A stretch of DNA of 32,000 nt from Chamaesiphon minutus PCC 6605 (GTDB lineage Bacteria; Cyanobacteriota; Cyanobacteriia; Cyanobacteriales; Chamaesiphonaceae), in assembly GCF_000317145.1 (NCBI RefSeq), contig NC_019697.1:2606385-2638384 (forward strand), written 5' to 3'. Positions within the stretch are counted from its first letter, which is position 1. Every line of letters begins with the position of its first letter. Of this stretch, positions 8,730 to 17,669 are shown piece after piece. Below the pieces are notes generated by a model, which worked only from the letters and a program-made list of their open reading frames with translations, searched no databases and was not told the origin of the DNA. The translations under genes were made by a program, and so were the position numbers.

Positions 8730-9806
8730 ATGACATTGACCCATCTATTTACACCGCTGAAAATGGGAGCTTTGACTCTCCCCAATCGCATTCTGATGGC
8801 ACCATTGACTCGCTGTCGGGCAGACAAAGACCACGTACCGACAGCTCTAATGGCCGAACACTACAGCCAACGGGCGAGTGCGGGATTAGTAATTGCCGAA
8901 GCCACTGCGGCGATGGCGGGTTGCTCGTCATTTTGGACGGAGCCAGGGATTTATAATGACGCGCAAGTAGCTGGCTGGAAACAAGTCACCGACGCAGTTC
9001 ACGCCAAAGGCGGTCAGATCGTGCTCCAAATCTGGCATGGCGGGCGATCTTGCCATCCGCTAATGAATGATGGCGCAATTCCAGTGGCTCCGAGTGCGAT
9101 TCCGATTACCAATGATGAAATTCATACACCCAACGGCAAAGTCGCACACGTAACGCCCCGCGCGTTGGAAGATGCCGAAATTCCGACGATTATTGCTGCC
9201 TTTAAAGCAGCGGCGGTAAATGCTAAAGCAGCAGGATTCGACGGTGTAGAAATCCACGGCGCGAATGGTTATTTATTAGACGAATTTTTGCGCGATGGCT
9301 CGAACCACCGCAGCGGTGCTTATGGTGGTGCTGTCGAAAATCGCGCTCGGTTGTTGCTAGAAGTACTAGCGGCGACGAGTGATGTTTGGGGTAGCGATCG
9401 AGTAGGCGTCAGAGTTTCGCCGCTCAATAGCTACAATAGTATGAAAGACAGCGATCCGATCGCCACTTACAGTTGGTTGGCGAATCGACTCAATGACTAC
9501 AATCTTGCCTATCTCCACGTCATGCGCGCCGATTTCTTGGGCGAACAACAGGGCGATGTGATGACGCCAATGCGATCGATCTATCGCGGTACGATTATCG
9601 GCAATATGGGCTATAGTGCCGAGGAAGCCGAAGCGGCGATCGCGGATGGGAAGCTAGATGCAGTGGCTTTTGGGACATCGTTCTTGGCTAATCCAGATCT
9701 GCCGACACGGTTTGCCAAAAATGCGCCACTGAATGCGCCAGACCCTTCTAAATTCTATTCTTCAGGTGCTGAAGGTTATACAGATTATCCCTACTTAGCG
9801 GCCTAA
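8730..9806 (+). CDS. Alkene reductase / NADH:flavin oxidoreductase (Old Yellow Enzyme family)
   Basis: 358 aa. LFTPLKMGALTLPNRILMAPLTRCRA, QIWHGGR, GFDGVEIHGANGYLLDEFLRDGSNHR, DRVGVRVSP, VAFGTSFLANPDLPTR. Confidence 0.92.
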   Translation: MTLTHLFTPLKMGALTLPNRILMAPLTRCRADKDHVPTALMAEHYSQRASAGLVIAEATAAMAGCSSFWTEPGIYNDAQVAGWKQVTDAVHAKGGQIVLQIWHGGRSCHPLMNDGAIPVAPSAIPITNDEIHTPNGKVAHVTPRALEDAEIPTIIAAFKAAAVNAKAAGFDGVEIHGANGYLLDEFLRDGSNHRSGAYGGAVENRARLLLEVLAATSDVWGSDRVGVRVSPLNSYNSMKDSDPIATYSWLANRLNDYNLAYLHVMRADFLGEQQGDVMTPMRSIYRGTIIGNMGYSAEEAEAAIADGKLDAVAFGTSFLANPDLPTRFAKNAPLNAPDPSKFYSSGAEGYTDYPYLAA

Positions 9807-9990
9807 ATTAGCGATCGAGATCGACCCGATTTTTACGAGAAACTTGGGTCGCGATCTAATATTAAGCTGAATATATGCTCAAAATATTGAAACGCGGTGG
9901 GAGCGGACGTTGCATAATTAGAAGATAAGTCCGATCGGCCATGAGTATGAGTCGATCGCTAAAATTCAACTTGCAACTGCCAAAATTATT

Positions 9991-12063
9991 ATGCTGCCCC
10001 AACATCGCTGGCAAATAGCACCAAGCAATCGTTCCCAGGCTGCCAAATTAGCTGCGGGAATTACGCTTACAGATGGAGAAGCGACATCGCCATTGCTGGC
10101 GCAGGTATTGATAAATCGCGGGATTGAGACAGTCGAGCAAGCCGAGTTGTTTATCGATCCAGAGACGGCGGTACTACCTTCGCCATTGACGGAATTTCCC
10201 GATTTGGAAATTAGTCTGGATATCTTGGTGGACGCGATCGAAAATAAGTCTAAGATTGCGATTTGTGGGGACTACGATGCGGATGGCATGACTAGTACCG
10301 CCCTACTTTTGCGCGCACTCTCGGCTTTGGGTGCGGATGTAGATTATGCAATTCCCAGTCGGATGTCGGATGGGTATGGGATTAATAAGCGGATTGTGGA
10401 GGAGTTTCATGCTGAAGGGGTGAAACTGATTATCACGGTGGATAATGGCATCTCGGCAGTTGCCGCGATCGCTAGAGCGGTAGAATTGGGCTTACAGGTG
10501 ATTATCACGGATCACCACGATCTACCCCAAGAATTACCGCCAGCACAGGCGATTCTCAATCCGAAACTAATTGCCGAGTCATCGGTTTATCGTGCGATCG
10601 CGGGTGTGGGAGTTGCTTATCTATTGGCTTTAGAATTAGCTCAGCGGCTAGCAAAACCATCTTTAAGCGATGAGCTATTAGAGTTATTTACATTAGGTAC
10701 GATCGCCGATTTAGCACCACTGACAGGAATCAATCGGCGGTTGGTCAAACAGGGTTTACAACTATTGCCAAAGTCGCAAGTTGTTGGCATTCAAGCCTTA
10801 ATTGAAATGTCTGGAACTCAAGGGGGCACGACGGCAAAAAGTATGGCGATGAAGCCAGAAGATATCGGGTTTAGATTGGGGCCGAGGATTAATGCGATCG
10901 GGAGAATTGACGATCCGCAGATTATTATTAATTTACTCACTACTGAAGATATGGGTGTCGCTCTTGCTAGGGCGATTCAATGCGAACAAGTTAATAAACA
11001 ACGCCAAGATATGTGCGCGCGGATCGAACAAGAAGCGATCGATCTGATTGCAACTGGCAATTATAATCTCAAACAAAATCGCGTGCTGGTTATCGTCCAT
11101 CCTGGCTGGCATCACGGCGTCATTGGCATCGTCGCCTCGCGATTAGTCGAACGCTATGGCGTTCCGGTATTTATTGGAACCAATGAGGACGAGCATCCGC
11201 TTGGTGAAACGCACGCTGTAGGCGTTGGCGAAGCCTCTCCGAAGGAGATACGAAGCGAGACGTGTCGCCAGACGGAAACCTCAGCGCGATTTCATCCGCA
11301 CATTCGCGGTTCGGCGCGCAGCATTCCAGAGTTTAATGTGTTTAACGCTCTAGAATACTGTCACGATCTGTTGGGTAAATACGGCGGACATCGCGCAGCA
11401 GGGGGCTTTTCGATGCCAACTGAGAATCTAGAGAAATTTCAACATAGATTGAGCGAATTTGCCCATAAATGCTTAGAAATCGAACATCTCAAGCATTTAG
11501 TCAAAATTGATGCCGAGGCCGATCTAGCAGCCATTAACATGTCGCTGTACGAACAGATCGACGCGATTCATCCCTGTGGAATGGAGAATCCCGATCCGGT
11601 ATTTTGGACGGCAAATGTCCGCGTCATCGAGCAAAAAATTGTCGGCAAAGGACATCTCAAATTTACCGTCAATACGCCAGAATTTCCCCAGGGAATTAAA
11701 GCGATCGCGTGGCGATTTGGCGATTATTTTCCATTACCGCGCTATTTAGATATTGCTTACAAACTCAAAGAAAATAACTGGAAAGATTCACGCGCGATCG
11801 AGTTAGAAATTGTCAGCGTGCGCTTACCAGTTGCCAGTAAAACTTATCAGTTTAATTATCAAGAGCGAGATTATAATTGCAGTATGTCTCCTGACAAAGA
11901 GCGACTGACGATTGTCAATGCTCAAGGCCAAGCTTTAGTAATAAATAAGGGTCACAAGGTTGCGGAGTTAATTGGGGCGCAGGAAATTAAGTCGATCGAT
12001 ATTACTAAGCCTTATTATTTTAAATTGATTAAAACTGCAATGCAAGTATTGCAAATTAATTAA
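9991..12063 (+). CDS. recJ: Single-stranded-DNA-specific exonuclease RecJ, with a 33-codon in-frame insertion
   Basis: 690 aa. CGDYDADGMTSTALL, ISAVAAIARA, TDHHDLPQELPPA, HHGVIGIVASRLVERYGVPVFIG, GGHRAAGGFS. Insertion PLGETHAVGVGEASPKEIRSETCRQTETSARFH interrupts an otherwise normal EHPHIRGSARSIP. Confidence 0.92.
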   Translation: MLPQHRWQIAPSNRSQAAKLAAGITLTDGEATSPLLAQVLINRGIETVEQAELFIDPETAVLPSPLTEFPDLEISLDILVDAIENKSKIAICGDYDADGMTSTALLLRALSALGADVDYAIPSRMSDGYGINKRIVEEFHAEGVKLIITVDNGISAVAAIARAVELGLQVIITDHHDLPQELPPAQAILNPKLIAESSVYRAIAGVGVAYLLALELAQRLAKPSLSDELLELFTLGTIADLAPLTGINRRLVKQGLQLLPKSQVVGIQALIEMSGTQGGTTAKSMAMKPEDIGFRLGPRINAIGRIDDPQIIINLLTTEDMGVALARAIQCEQVNKQRQDMCARIEQEAIDLIATGNYNLKQNRVLVIVHPGWHHGVIGIVASRLVERYGVPVFIGTNEDEHPLGETHAVGVGEASPKEIRSETCRQTETSARFHPHIRGSARSIPEFNVFNALEYCHDLLGKYGGHRAAGGFSMPTENLEKFQHRLSEFAHKCLEIEHLKHLVKIDAEADLAAINMSLYEQIDAIHPCGMENPDPVFWTANVRVIEQKIVGKGHLKFTVNTPEFPQGIKAIAWRFGDYFPLPRYLDIAYKLKENNWKDSRAIELEIVSVRLPVASKTYQFNYQERDYNCSMSPDKERLTIVNAQGQALVINKGHKVAELIGAQEIKSIDITKPYYFKLIKTAMQVLQIN
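11194..11299 (+). repeat. 99-bp small dispersed-repeat insertion inside recJ, flanked by 7-bp direct repeats
   Basis: CATCCGC at 11194-11200 and 11293-11299, exactly 99 bp apart. Insert core GGCGTTGGCGAAGCCTCTCCGAAGGAGATACG contains the hairpin TCTCC-GAA-GGAGA. Confidence 0.7.
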
Positions 12064-12311
12064 AATAAATTAGGGAATTAATCCTACTAACGCTCGAACT
12101 GGATCTTGGCCGTTCCAGAGGGTAACTGAGAAGGTTTTGGCAAAACATAGCATTTGCCATTGCCGCGATCGAATAAATTGCTCTAGATAATTAATATAGG
12201 CGACAGGGATTATCTTGAGTACGGTATCCTTTAGCCGGAAAATAGCTAAGTTAGTGTTTGTCGATTGAGAATTAAGTGAGGATGGCAGTCAGCGGATCTA
12301 CAAAGTTAGCG

Positions 12312-12470
12312 GTCAAATTTTCTTTTTATCGAAGGAGGAATTTTTTGGGAGCGTTTGATTTTGGGGAAGTAGTCGAACGGGTGACGATCGATCTGACCAA
12401 TGCTCATTTGTGGGATCGGGGCGCGGTAGAAATCATCGATCGAATTGTCCTGAAATTTAGGCTAGATCCC
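12312..12470 (+). pseudogene. Remnant of the C-terminal STAS domain of a SulP-family anion transporter
   Basis: Part of ORF 12276..12524. VKFSFYRRRNFLGAFDFGEVVERVTIDLTNAHLWDRGAVEIIDRIVLKFRL resembles cyanobacterial SulP STAS tails, but no transmembrane transporter region lies upstream. Confidence 0.5.
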
Positions 12471-12480
12471 ACGCTTTCAA

Positions 12481-12499
12481 GCGGGGGCTTGCGCCCCGC
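12481..12499. repeat. GC-rich hairpin GCGGGG...CCCCGC
   Basis: Sequence GCGGGGGCTTGCGCCCCGC; 6-bp outer stem with no U-tract following it. Confidence 0.5.
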
Positions 12500-12524
12500 C
12501 ATTCGGTCAATCAGAGTTCTCTAG

Positions 12525-13280
12525 CTAGAGAATCTGGGCTAAAAATTGGCGAGTCCGTTCTTCTTTGGGATGTTGAAAAAAGTCGATCGGATTAGCTTCT
12601 TCTACTAGCAAACCACTATCCATTAACACAATTCGATCGGCTACTTCCCTGGCAAATCCCACCTCGTGGGTGACGACTACCATCGTCATCCCCGATCCCG
12701 CCAAGGACTTCATCACCTCCAATACCTCCCGCACCATTTCTGGATCTAGAGCCGACGTGGGTTCGTCAAATAACATGATCTTCGGCTGCATCGCTAACGC
12801 ACGGGCGATCGCTACCCGTTGTTGCTGTCCGCCAGATAATTGTCCTGGATACTTCCGTGCTTGGGCTAAAATCCCTACCCGTTCTAATAACTGCATGGCT
12901 GCTGCTTCCGCCTGTGCCTTGGGATGTTTTCGCACCCACATCGGCGCGAGGGTAACGTTTTCGAGGACGGTGAGGTGAGGAAATAAATTAAACTGCTGAA
13001 ACACCATCCCCACCTCTTGGCGAATCCGATCGATATGTTTGATATCGTCGGAAATTGCGATCCCATCGATCGTAATCGTCCCCTGTTGATAGTCTTCTAA
13101 GGCATTAAATGTCCGAATAAAGGTCGATTTTCCCGATCCAGATGGCCCCATAATCACCACCACTTCGCCAGGGTAGACAGACAGGCTCACGCCCCGCAGC
13201 ACGTTAAATTGACCGTACCACTTATGAACGGATTCAGCGACGATAATTGGAGCCGGAGTAGGAGGGGAGGTGTTTTGCAT
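12525..13280 (-). CDS. bgtA: Polar amino-acid ABC transporter ATP-binding protein (BgtA/GlnQ-like)
   Basis: 251 aa. Walker [88 protein letters not shown]. Symbol assigned by family resemblance. Confidence 0.85.
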   Translation of the reverse strand: MQNTSPPTPAPIIVAESVHKWYGQFNVLRGVSLSVYPGEVVVIMGPSGSGKSTFIRTFNALEDYQQGTITIDGIAISDDIKHIDRIRQEVGMVFQQFNLFPHLTVLENVTLAPMWVRKHPKAQAEAAAMQLLERVGILAQARKYPGQLSGGQQQRVAIARALAMQPKIMLFDEPTSALDPEMVREVLEVMKSLAGSGMTMVVVTHEVGFAREVADRIVLMDSGLLVEEANPIDFFQHPKEERTRQFLAQIL

Positions 13281-13623
13281 GAGGGGATGGGGAGAGGGGG
13301 AGTAATGAGAGGTCGATCGCAGTTGTTAACCGAGAACTATTGAGAGCGATATATTCTTTGTATTCTAAGTCGATCGCCATCATCTCAGATATCGATCCTC
13401 CACCGGAGCGGCTAAGAATGGAAAAAGTTGGATTCCTTAACTGCGGGTACCCCCCACGAGTGCATCGAAAAAATCGTTTTGGTGGTCATGCTATCTTGTT
13501 GCATATTTGGGTAAAAATGCGATCTGGATCGATCTATTTTGACGTGTAGCTATGTCAGAGTGGTTACAATAGAGATGTCCTCTTCATTCACGAAGTGTGG
13601 GCTTTGCCCGATCGTCATAATCT

Positions 13624-13914
13624 ATGGTGACAATCACCCCTGAGCACGAAAAACTTATTCAAAATCATCTGGATACTGGACGGTATAGTAATGCGGAGGA
13701 AGTCCTAGCGATCGCTCTGCAATTGCTCGCTCGTCTCGATACCGAGCATCAAGCCTGGATTGAAGAAACTCGTCAACAAATCGCCATTGGGATCGCCGAA
13801 CTCGATTCGGCAAAGCCGACGCTACGCGAACGCGGCGAGGGCGTTGATGGTGAAACAGTGATGGCGGGATATCTTCAGCAATTTCAGACGGCACGGCAAA
13901 CGCGGCTCTCATGA
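13624..13914 (+). CDS. ParD-like (type II) antitoxin
   Basis: 96 aa. MVTITPEHEKLIQNHLDTGRYSNAEEVLAIALQLLARLD...WIEETRQQIAIGIAELD; the stop overlaps the ATG of the toxin remnant (ATGA). Confidence 0.75.
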   Translation: MVTITPEHEKLIQNHLDTGRYSNAEEVLAIALQLLARLDTEHQAWIEETRQQIAIGIAELDSAKPTLRERGEGVDGETVMAGYLQQFQTARQTRLS

Positions 13915-14207
13915 ATTTTATCCTCGCGCCCAGTAATACCTGCGACCTAGATCGGTGATCTCAATACTTTCTTGACACCAATGTTGAAGCAGGAGAACGG
14001 TTATTCAAGAAACTCAACCAAAAGTTTTATAACCTGACTCAGTTCCCAAATCTTGGCAAGCCATATCCTCACCTCGATCCCAATATCCGAGGCTTGCTGG
14101 TTGAGAAGTACATCATTTTTTATCGTGTCACCGAGATTCAAGTTGAGATTGTTCGTGTTGTAGATGGCAGACAAGATCTCACTCAACTATTTACGACAGA
14201 AGATTAG
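13911..14207 (+). pseudogene. ParE/RelE-like toxin interrupted by an in-frame TGA
   Basis: Frame from ATG 13911 reads MNFILAPSNTCDLDR*SQYFLDTNVEAGERLFKKLNQKFYNLTQFPNLGKPYPHLDPNIRGLLVEKYIIFYRVTEIQVEIVRVVDGRQDLTQLFTTED*; TGA at 13956-13958, true stop at 14205-14207. Confidence 0.7.
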
Positions 14208-14482
14208 CCACAAGTTGTCAGAATATTAGAGATCGCCCTAGTTACCCTAAGCCAGCGATCGCCAGCACGATCGCGCTGCTGCAAATCAATCGTGATGGTG
14301 TGGTTAATATGCGTCGAGTTCTGGCAATTATAGGCTATCATCCACCGGATTAACAAAGATTCTCGAATGACAGGCTACGCGATCGAGTCGTCAGAATATT
14401 TGCTAGACTTTGGCTTGTCAATATTGATAACCCTATAGAACTCTGTAAAAATAAGACAATCTCACAAACTTAAGTATCTCCC

Positions 14483-14831
14483 ATGTCAATGAATGATGTA
14501 ATCGATCGAATTGCGATTGCCGCAGAGAAAAATCCTCGCAACAACGTACTCATAGGCTACTGTGGAAGATATGGAGATAATTTATTAACCAGAGGAAGAA
14601 AGAACAGAACTCTCATCACAACGCATTTATGAACTCAATCAAGAACTATACGCGAAGGGTCAATTACACCCACCTAGATTGAGTGTTGACGAAATAAACG
14701 TCATTCTCTCCGGCTATCCCTATCGACTCCCCACTGAATTTTACGAGATATATCAGCGCGGAACACCTCGATCGCGAGTTTACTCGCTGTCAAACGATAA
14801 TCTTCCCAGCACGATCTCTCTGAGCCAATAA
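14483..14831 (+). pseudogene. Possible SMI1/KNR4 (SUKH)-like gene remnant, frameshifted
   Basis: Two short frames, MSMNDVIDRIAIAAEKNPRNNVLIGYCGRYGDNLL... and ...ELSSQRIYELNQELYAKGQLHPPRLSVDEINVILSGYPYRLPTEFYEIYQRG...; the LPTEFYEIYQRG segment recalls SMI1/KNR4 proteins. Confidence 0.3.
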
Positions 14832-14860
14832 GTCGATCGGCTAGATACTCGATCGACTTA

Positions 14861-15286
14861 TTGGCAGGTATAATTAAGACATCTGGCAAAAAAGTCGCAA
14901 AGCTTATGTCGATCGCAAATTTGATAACCAAGTCTCTCGATCCAACTCCGCTCCGATACGATACCATCGAAGAAACTGCCGAACGCTTCCAACTAGATAG
15001 CAATCTCAGACAACAGATTTTTGGCATCTCGCCCAGAAATCAAGCTCGTCTGCGGAAAGATAACGCGATTTTAAATCCTCTCGTGGTCGATCGATTCAAC
15101 AGATTTAATCGCATCACTCAACAAGCCATTAATCTATTTGAAGATACCGATCGAGCATTAAAATGGTTGCATACCCCTAAAAATAGCTTGGCAGGTATCA
15201 CCCCTCTTGCGGCTCTCTCTACCGACGAAGGTGCCAAACAAGTAGAAGAAATTCTCTATCGCGTTGAATATGGGATTTACGGCTAG
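14861..15286 (+). CDS. Xre/MbcA/ParS-family antitoxin (DUF2384-type)
   Basis: 141 aa. C-terminal FNRITQQAINLFEDTDRALKWLHTPKNSLAGITPLAALSTDEGAKQVEEILYRVEYGIYG; immediately precedes a RES gene. Confidence 0.85.
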   Translation: MAGIIKTSGKKVAKLMSIANLITKSLDPTPLRYDTIEETAERFQLDSNLRQQIFGISPRNQARLRKDNAILNPLVVDRFNRFNRITQQAINLFEDTDRALKWLHTPKNSLAGITPLAALSTDEGAKQVEEILYRVEYGIYG

Positions 15287-15732
15287 TGAGAGTTTGGCGG
15301 ATCACTGCTCATAAACATATTGAAACAGTCTTTTCTGGAGTCGGTGGACTTTACACCAGTGGTCGTTGGCATCCCCAAGGCTACAAGATTTCCTACACAT
15401 CAGAAAGTCTGGCACTAGCTAGCCTCGAAGTATTTGTACACAGCGAAACAACAGATATCCCACTCGCTTGTGTCAGTGCCATTATTCCAGATACCACACC
15501 AATTTTAGAAATTACCGATCTACCAGTCAACTGGCAAGATGTCGCCGCTTACCCAATTCTCCAAGAAATCGGGCGTAAATGGCTCAGAACAATGGAATAT
15601 CCAGTATTGAAAGTGCCTTCTGCAATCATCCCAGTTGAGTACAATTATTTAATCAATCCTGAACATCCAGACCTACAATTACAGACGGAACAGGTACTAG
15701 AGTTTCAGTTTGATAGTCGAATGTGGAAGTAA
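15286..15732 (+). CDS. RES-domain toxin
   Basis: 148 aa, GTG start overlapping the antitoxin TAG by 1 nt. VWRITAHKHIETVFSGVGGLYTSGRWHPQGYKISYTSESLALASLEVFVH. Confidence 0.88.
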   Translation: MRVWRITAHKHIETVFSGVGGLYTSGRWHPQGYKISYTSESLALASLEVFVHSETTDIPLACVSAIIPDTTPILEITDLPVNWQDVAAYPILQEIGRKWLRTMEYPVLKVPSAIIPVEYNYLINPEHPDLQLQTEQVLEFQFDSRMWK

Positions 15733-15925
15733 CAAGGATAAATCTACACCACCAACTAAAACAATAGACTAAACCAGGTTTGGGGCTTTTCGGGGTTATT
15801 TCCCAACAGGTCTATTATCTATATTCTTTTGGTGGGAAGGGAGTAGGGTTGAACCTTTTTGTATTGCCAATTGTGATTTTTGGCTTTTTACCAAAAAATA
15901 GTTCTACCGAACTTATAGAACCCAT

Positions 15926-16459
15926 TTGAGATTTTTTCATATATCGATTGGAACGATCGGCAAGCGTAATTATCGGAGTTGTATGCAATCAGACCTTCTT
16001 AATTTATGTTCGCAAGCTAGACAATTTTTGGAACCGCGATGGCTTTTATTACATCAGTCGTGGGGAGATCCTCAACCAAAGACGACTTCAGAATATATGT
16101 GCCGCTACACGTCAATTTTTCTAAAAGCAATCTTAAATGTGGGTAATTGCCCATCATGGCGATTAGTGGCAGGAAGACCGATTGCTAGAGAATATGAAGG
16201 TACACAAAAAGGTTGTTTTGGATTTCGTAGATCCGATGGTCTTTTCTTCGACCACTGTTGGGTGCAATCCTCCAATCTAATAGTGGATATTACGGCTGAC
16301 CAATTTGAAGATAAAGCAATCATAATTACTCCAATCGGCGATTCTAGATATTGCCCAAATTTAGAAGAAGCAAACTTTTATGATGATATTACAAAACTTT
16401 CGCACCGCCCACAGAAATGGCTACGAGAATGGAATGAGGACATTGCTGAATTGATATAG
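15926..16459 (+). CDS. Hypothetical protein, possibly cysteine-peptidase/transglutaminase-like fold
   Basis: 177 aa, with a more plausible start at MQSDLLNLCSQ (15983). HCWVQSSNLIVDITADQFED provides candidate His and Asp residues. Confidence 0.5.
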   Translation: MRFFHISIGTIGKRNYRSCMQSDLLNLCSQARQFLEPRWLLLHQSWGDPQPKTTSEYMCRYTSIFLKAILNVGNCPSWRLVAGRPIAREYEGTQKGCFGFRRSDGLFFDHCWVQSSNLIVDITADQFEDKAIIITPIGDSRYCPNLEEANFYDDITKLSHRPQKWLREWNEDIAELI

Positions 16460-16555
16460 TCATTTCGATTAGGAATGAGGCAAACCAGCAAGATCGAATC
16501 CTGTCATAACAAACACTTGAGCTGATAAAAACAGGGCTACTCAGCTTCCTTTTCC

Positions 16556-17578
16556 CTAACCCTTAACCTCTAGCTGACGACTGATTTGGGAGAGGGTGAA
16601 ACAGACGATCCAGTAAATTAAGCCGATAAATAGATATACTTCTGCATAGCGACCGATAAAATCTGGTTGGGCTAAAACCGATCGAGCAATTCCGGTTAAC
16701 TCCGCTAGGGCGAACAGTGCCAGCAGGGAAGTGTCTTTAAACATGGCAATAAACTGACCGACGATCGCCGGAATTACCATGCGGATGGCTTGGGGTAAGA
16801 CAATCAGCCACAACCGCAATGGCGCGCTCAATCCTAATACCTTGGCGGCTTCAATTTGTCCGCGTGGTAAGGATTGTAAACCACCGCGCACTGTTTCTGC
16901 TAGATATGCCGCGTTGAATAGAATTAAGCCCGCAATCGCCCGCGCCAGTCGATCTAACCGCCAATCTCCAGGTAATAGCAATGGCAATAAAAATTGTGCC
17001 ATGAATAAAATCCCAATCAGTGGAAGTCCACGCACCAGTTCGATATAAATCGTACAAGCGATCCGCAAAATTGGTAAGGAACTTTGTCGCCCTAACGCCA
17101 ACAATACGCCCAGCGGAAAAGCCAGTACAGTACTGATACTCGCCGCCAATAGGGTGAGTAATAACCCATTCCACAAACTATTTTCAACGGGGACTAAACC
17201 AAACCCCCCACCCAACAACCAACTGATGCCAATCGCCGCACAGAAGGCGTAAATCCAGCCCATCCGAGGCGATCGCCGCCGTTGCCCGACCCAGATACTC
17301 ACTGGCAACCCGATCGCCAGCAGCAGCACCAACCACAGCCGCCAGGACTGTTCGGCTGGATATCTACCGACTAGCAACAGGGGTAAATTTTCGCTAATTA
17401 CCGCCCATTTAGCTTTCGTGGCAATCCAAGTTACTGCCGCCGCTAATACTTGGAGGATGAAACCACCCAAGATTAGGGTTAAAATGCCGTTGTACCAAGT
17501 GTTAAATAGATTTTGGCGTAACCACCGCAGTGGAGATCGATCGATAGCTGGTGGGCGGGGAGAGGGTGGATTTGTCAT
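16556..17578 (-). CDS. natH: Amino-acid ABC transporter permease (NatH/BztC-like)
   Basis: Core TFSWxL-type permease sequence: LLTLLAASISTVLAFPLGVLLALGR, YIELVRGLPLIGILFM, RGGLQSLPRGQIEAAKVLGLSAPLRLWLIVLPQAIRMVIPAIVGQFIAMFKDTSLL. The listed ORF extends to 17665, but MTNPPSPRP at 17578 is the likelier start. Confidence 0.82.
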   Translation of the reverse strand: MTNPPSPRPPAIDRSPLRWLRQNLFNTWYNGILTLILGGFILQVLAAAVTWIATKAKWAVISENLPLLLVGRYPAEQSWRLWLVLLLAIGLPVSIWVGQRRRSPRMGWIYAFCAAIGISWLLGGGFGLVPVENSLWNGLLLTLLAASISTVLAFPLGVLLALGRQSSLPILRIACTIYIELVRGLPLIGILFMAQFLLPLLLPGDWRLDRLARAIAGLILFNAAYLAETVRGGLQSLPRGQIEAAKVLGLSAPLRLWLIVLPQAIRMVIPAIVGQFIAMFKDTSLLALFALAELTGIARSVLAQPDFIGRYAEVYLFIGLIYWIVCFTLSQISRQLEVKG

Positions 17579-17586
17579 GTTGAGGA

Positions 17587-17632
17587 GGGGGAAAGGGGAA
17601 AGGGGAAAGGGGAAAGGGGAAAGGGGAAAGGG
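17587..17632. repeat. Heptanucleotide tandem repeat (GGGGAAA)n, about 6 units
   Basis: Directly visible run of GGGGAAA units followed by GGG. Confidence 0.9.
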
Positions 17633-17669
17633 TTTAAATCGCCTTTTTAAAAACTTCGTTGTCAACTGT

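Noticed and set aside
14001-14186. 61-aa minus-strand ORF
   Set aside because: Antisense to the ParE-like frame; no recognisable motifs.
17587-17632. GGGGAAA repeats as a possible CRISPR-like array
   Set aside because: 7-bp units with no spacers; a simple tandem repeat. No CRISPR array or cas gene was seen anywhere in the window.
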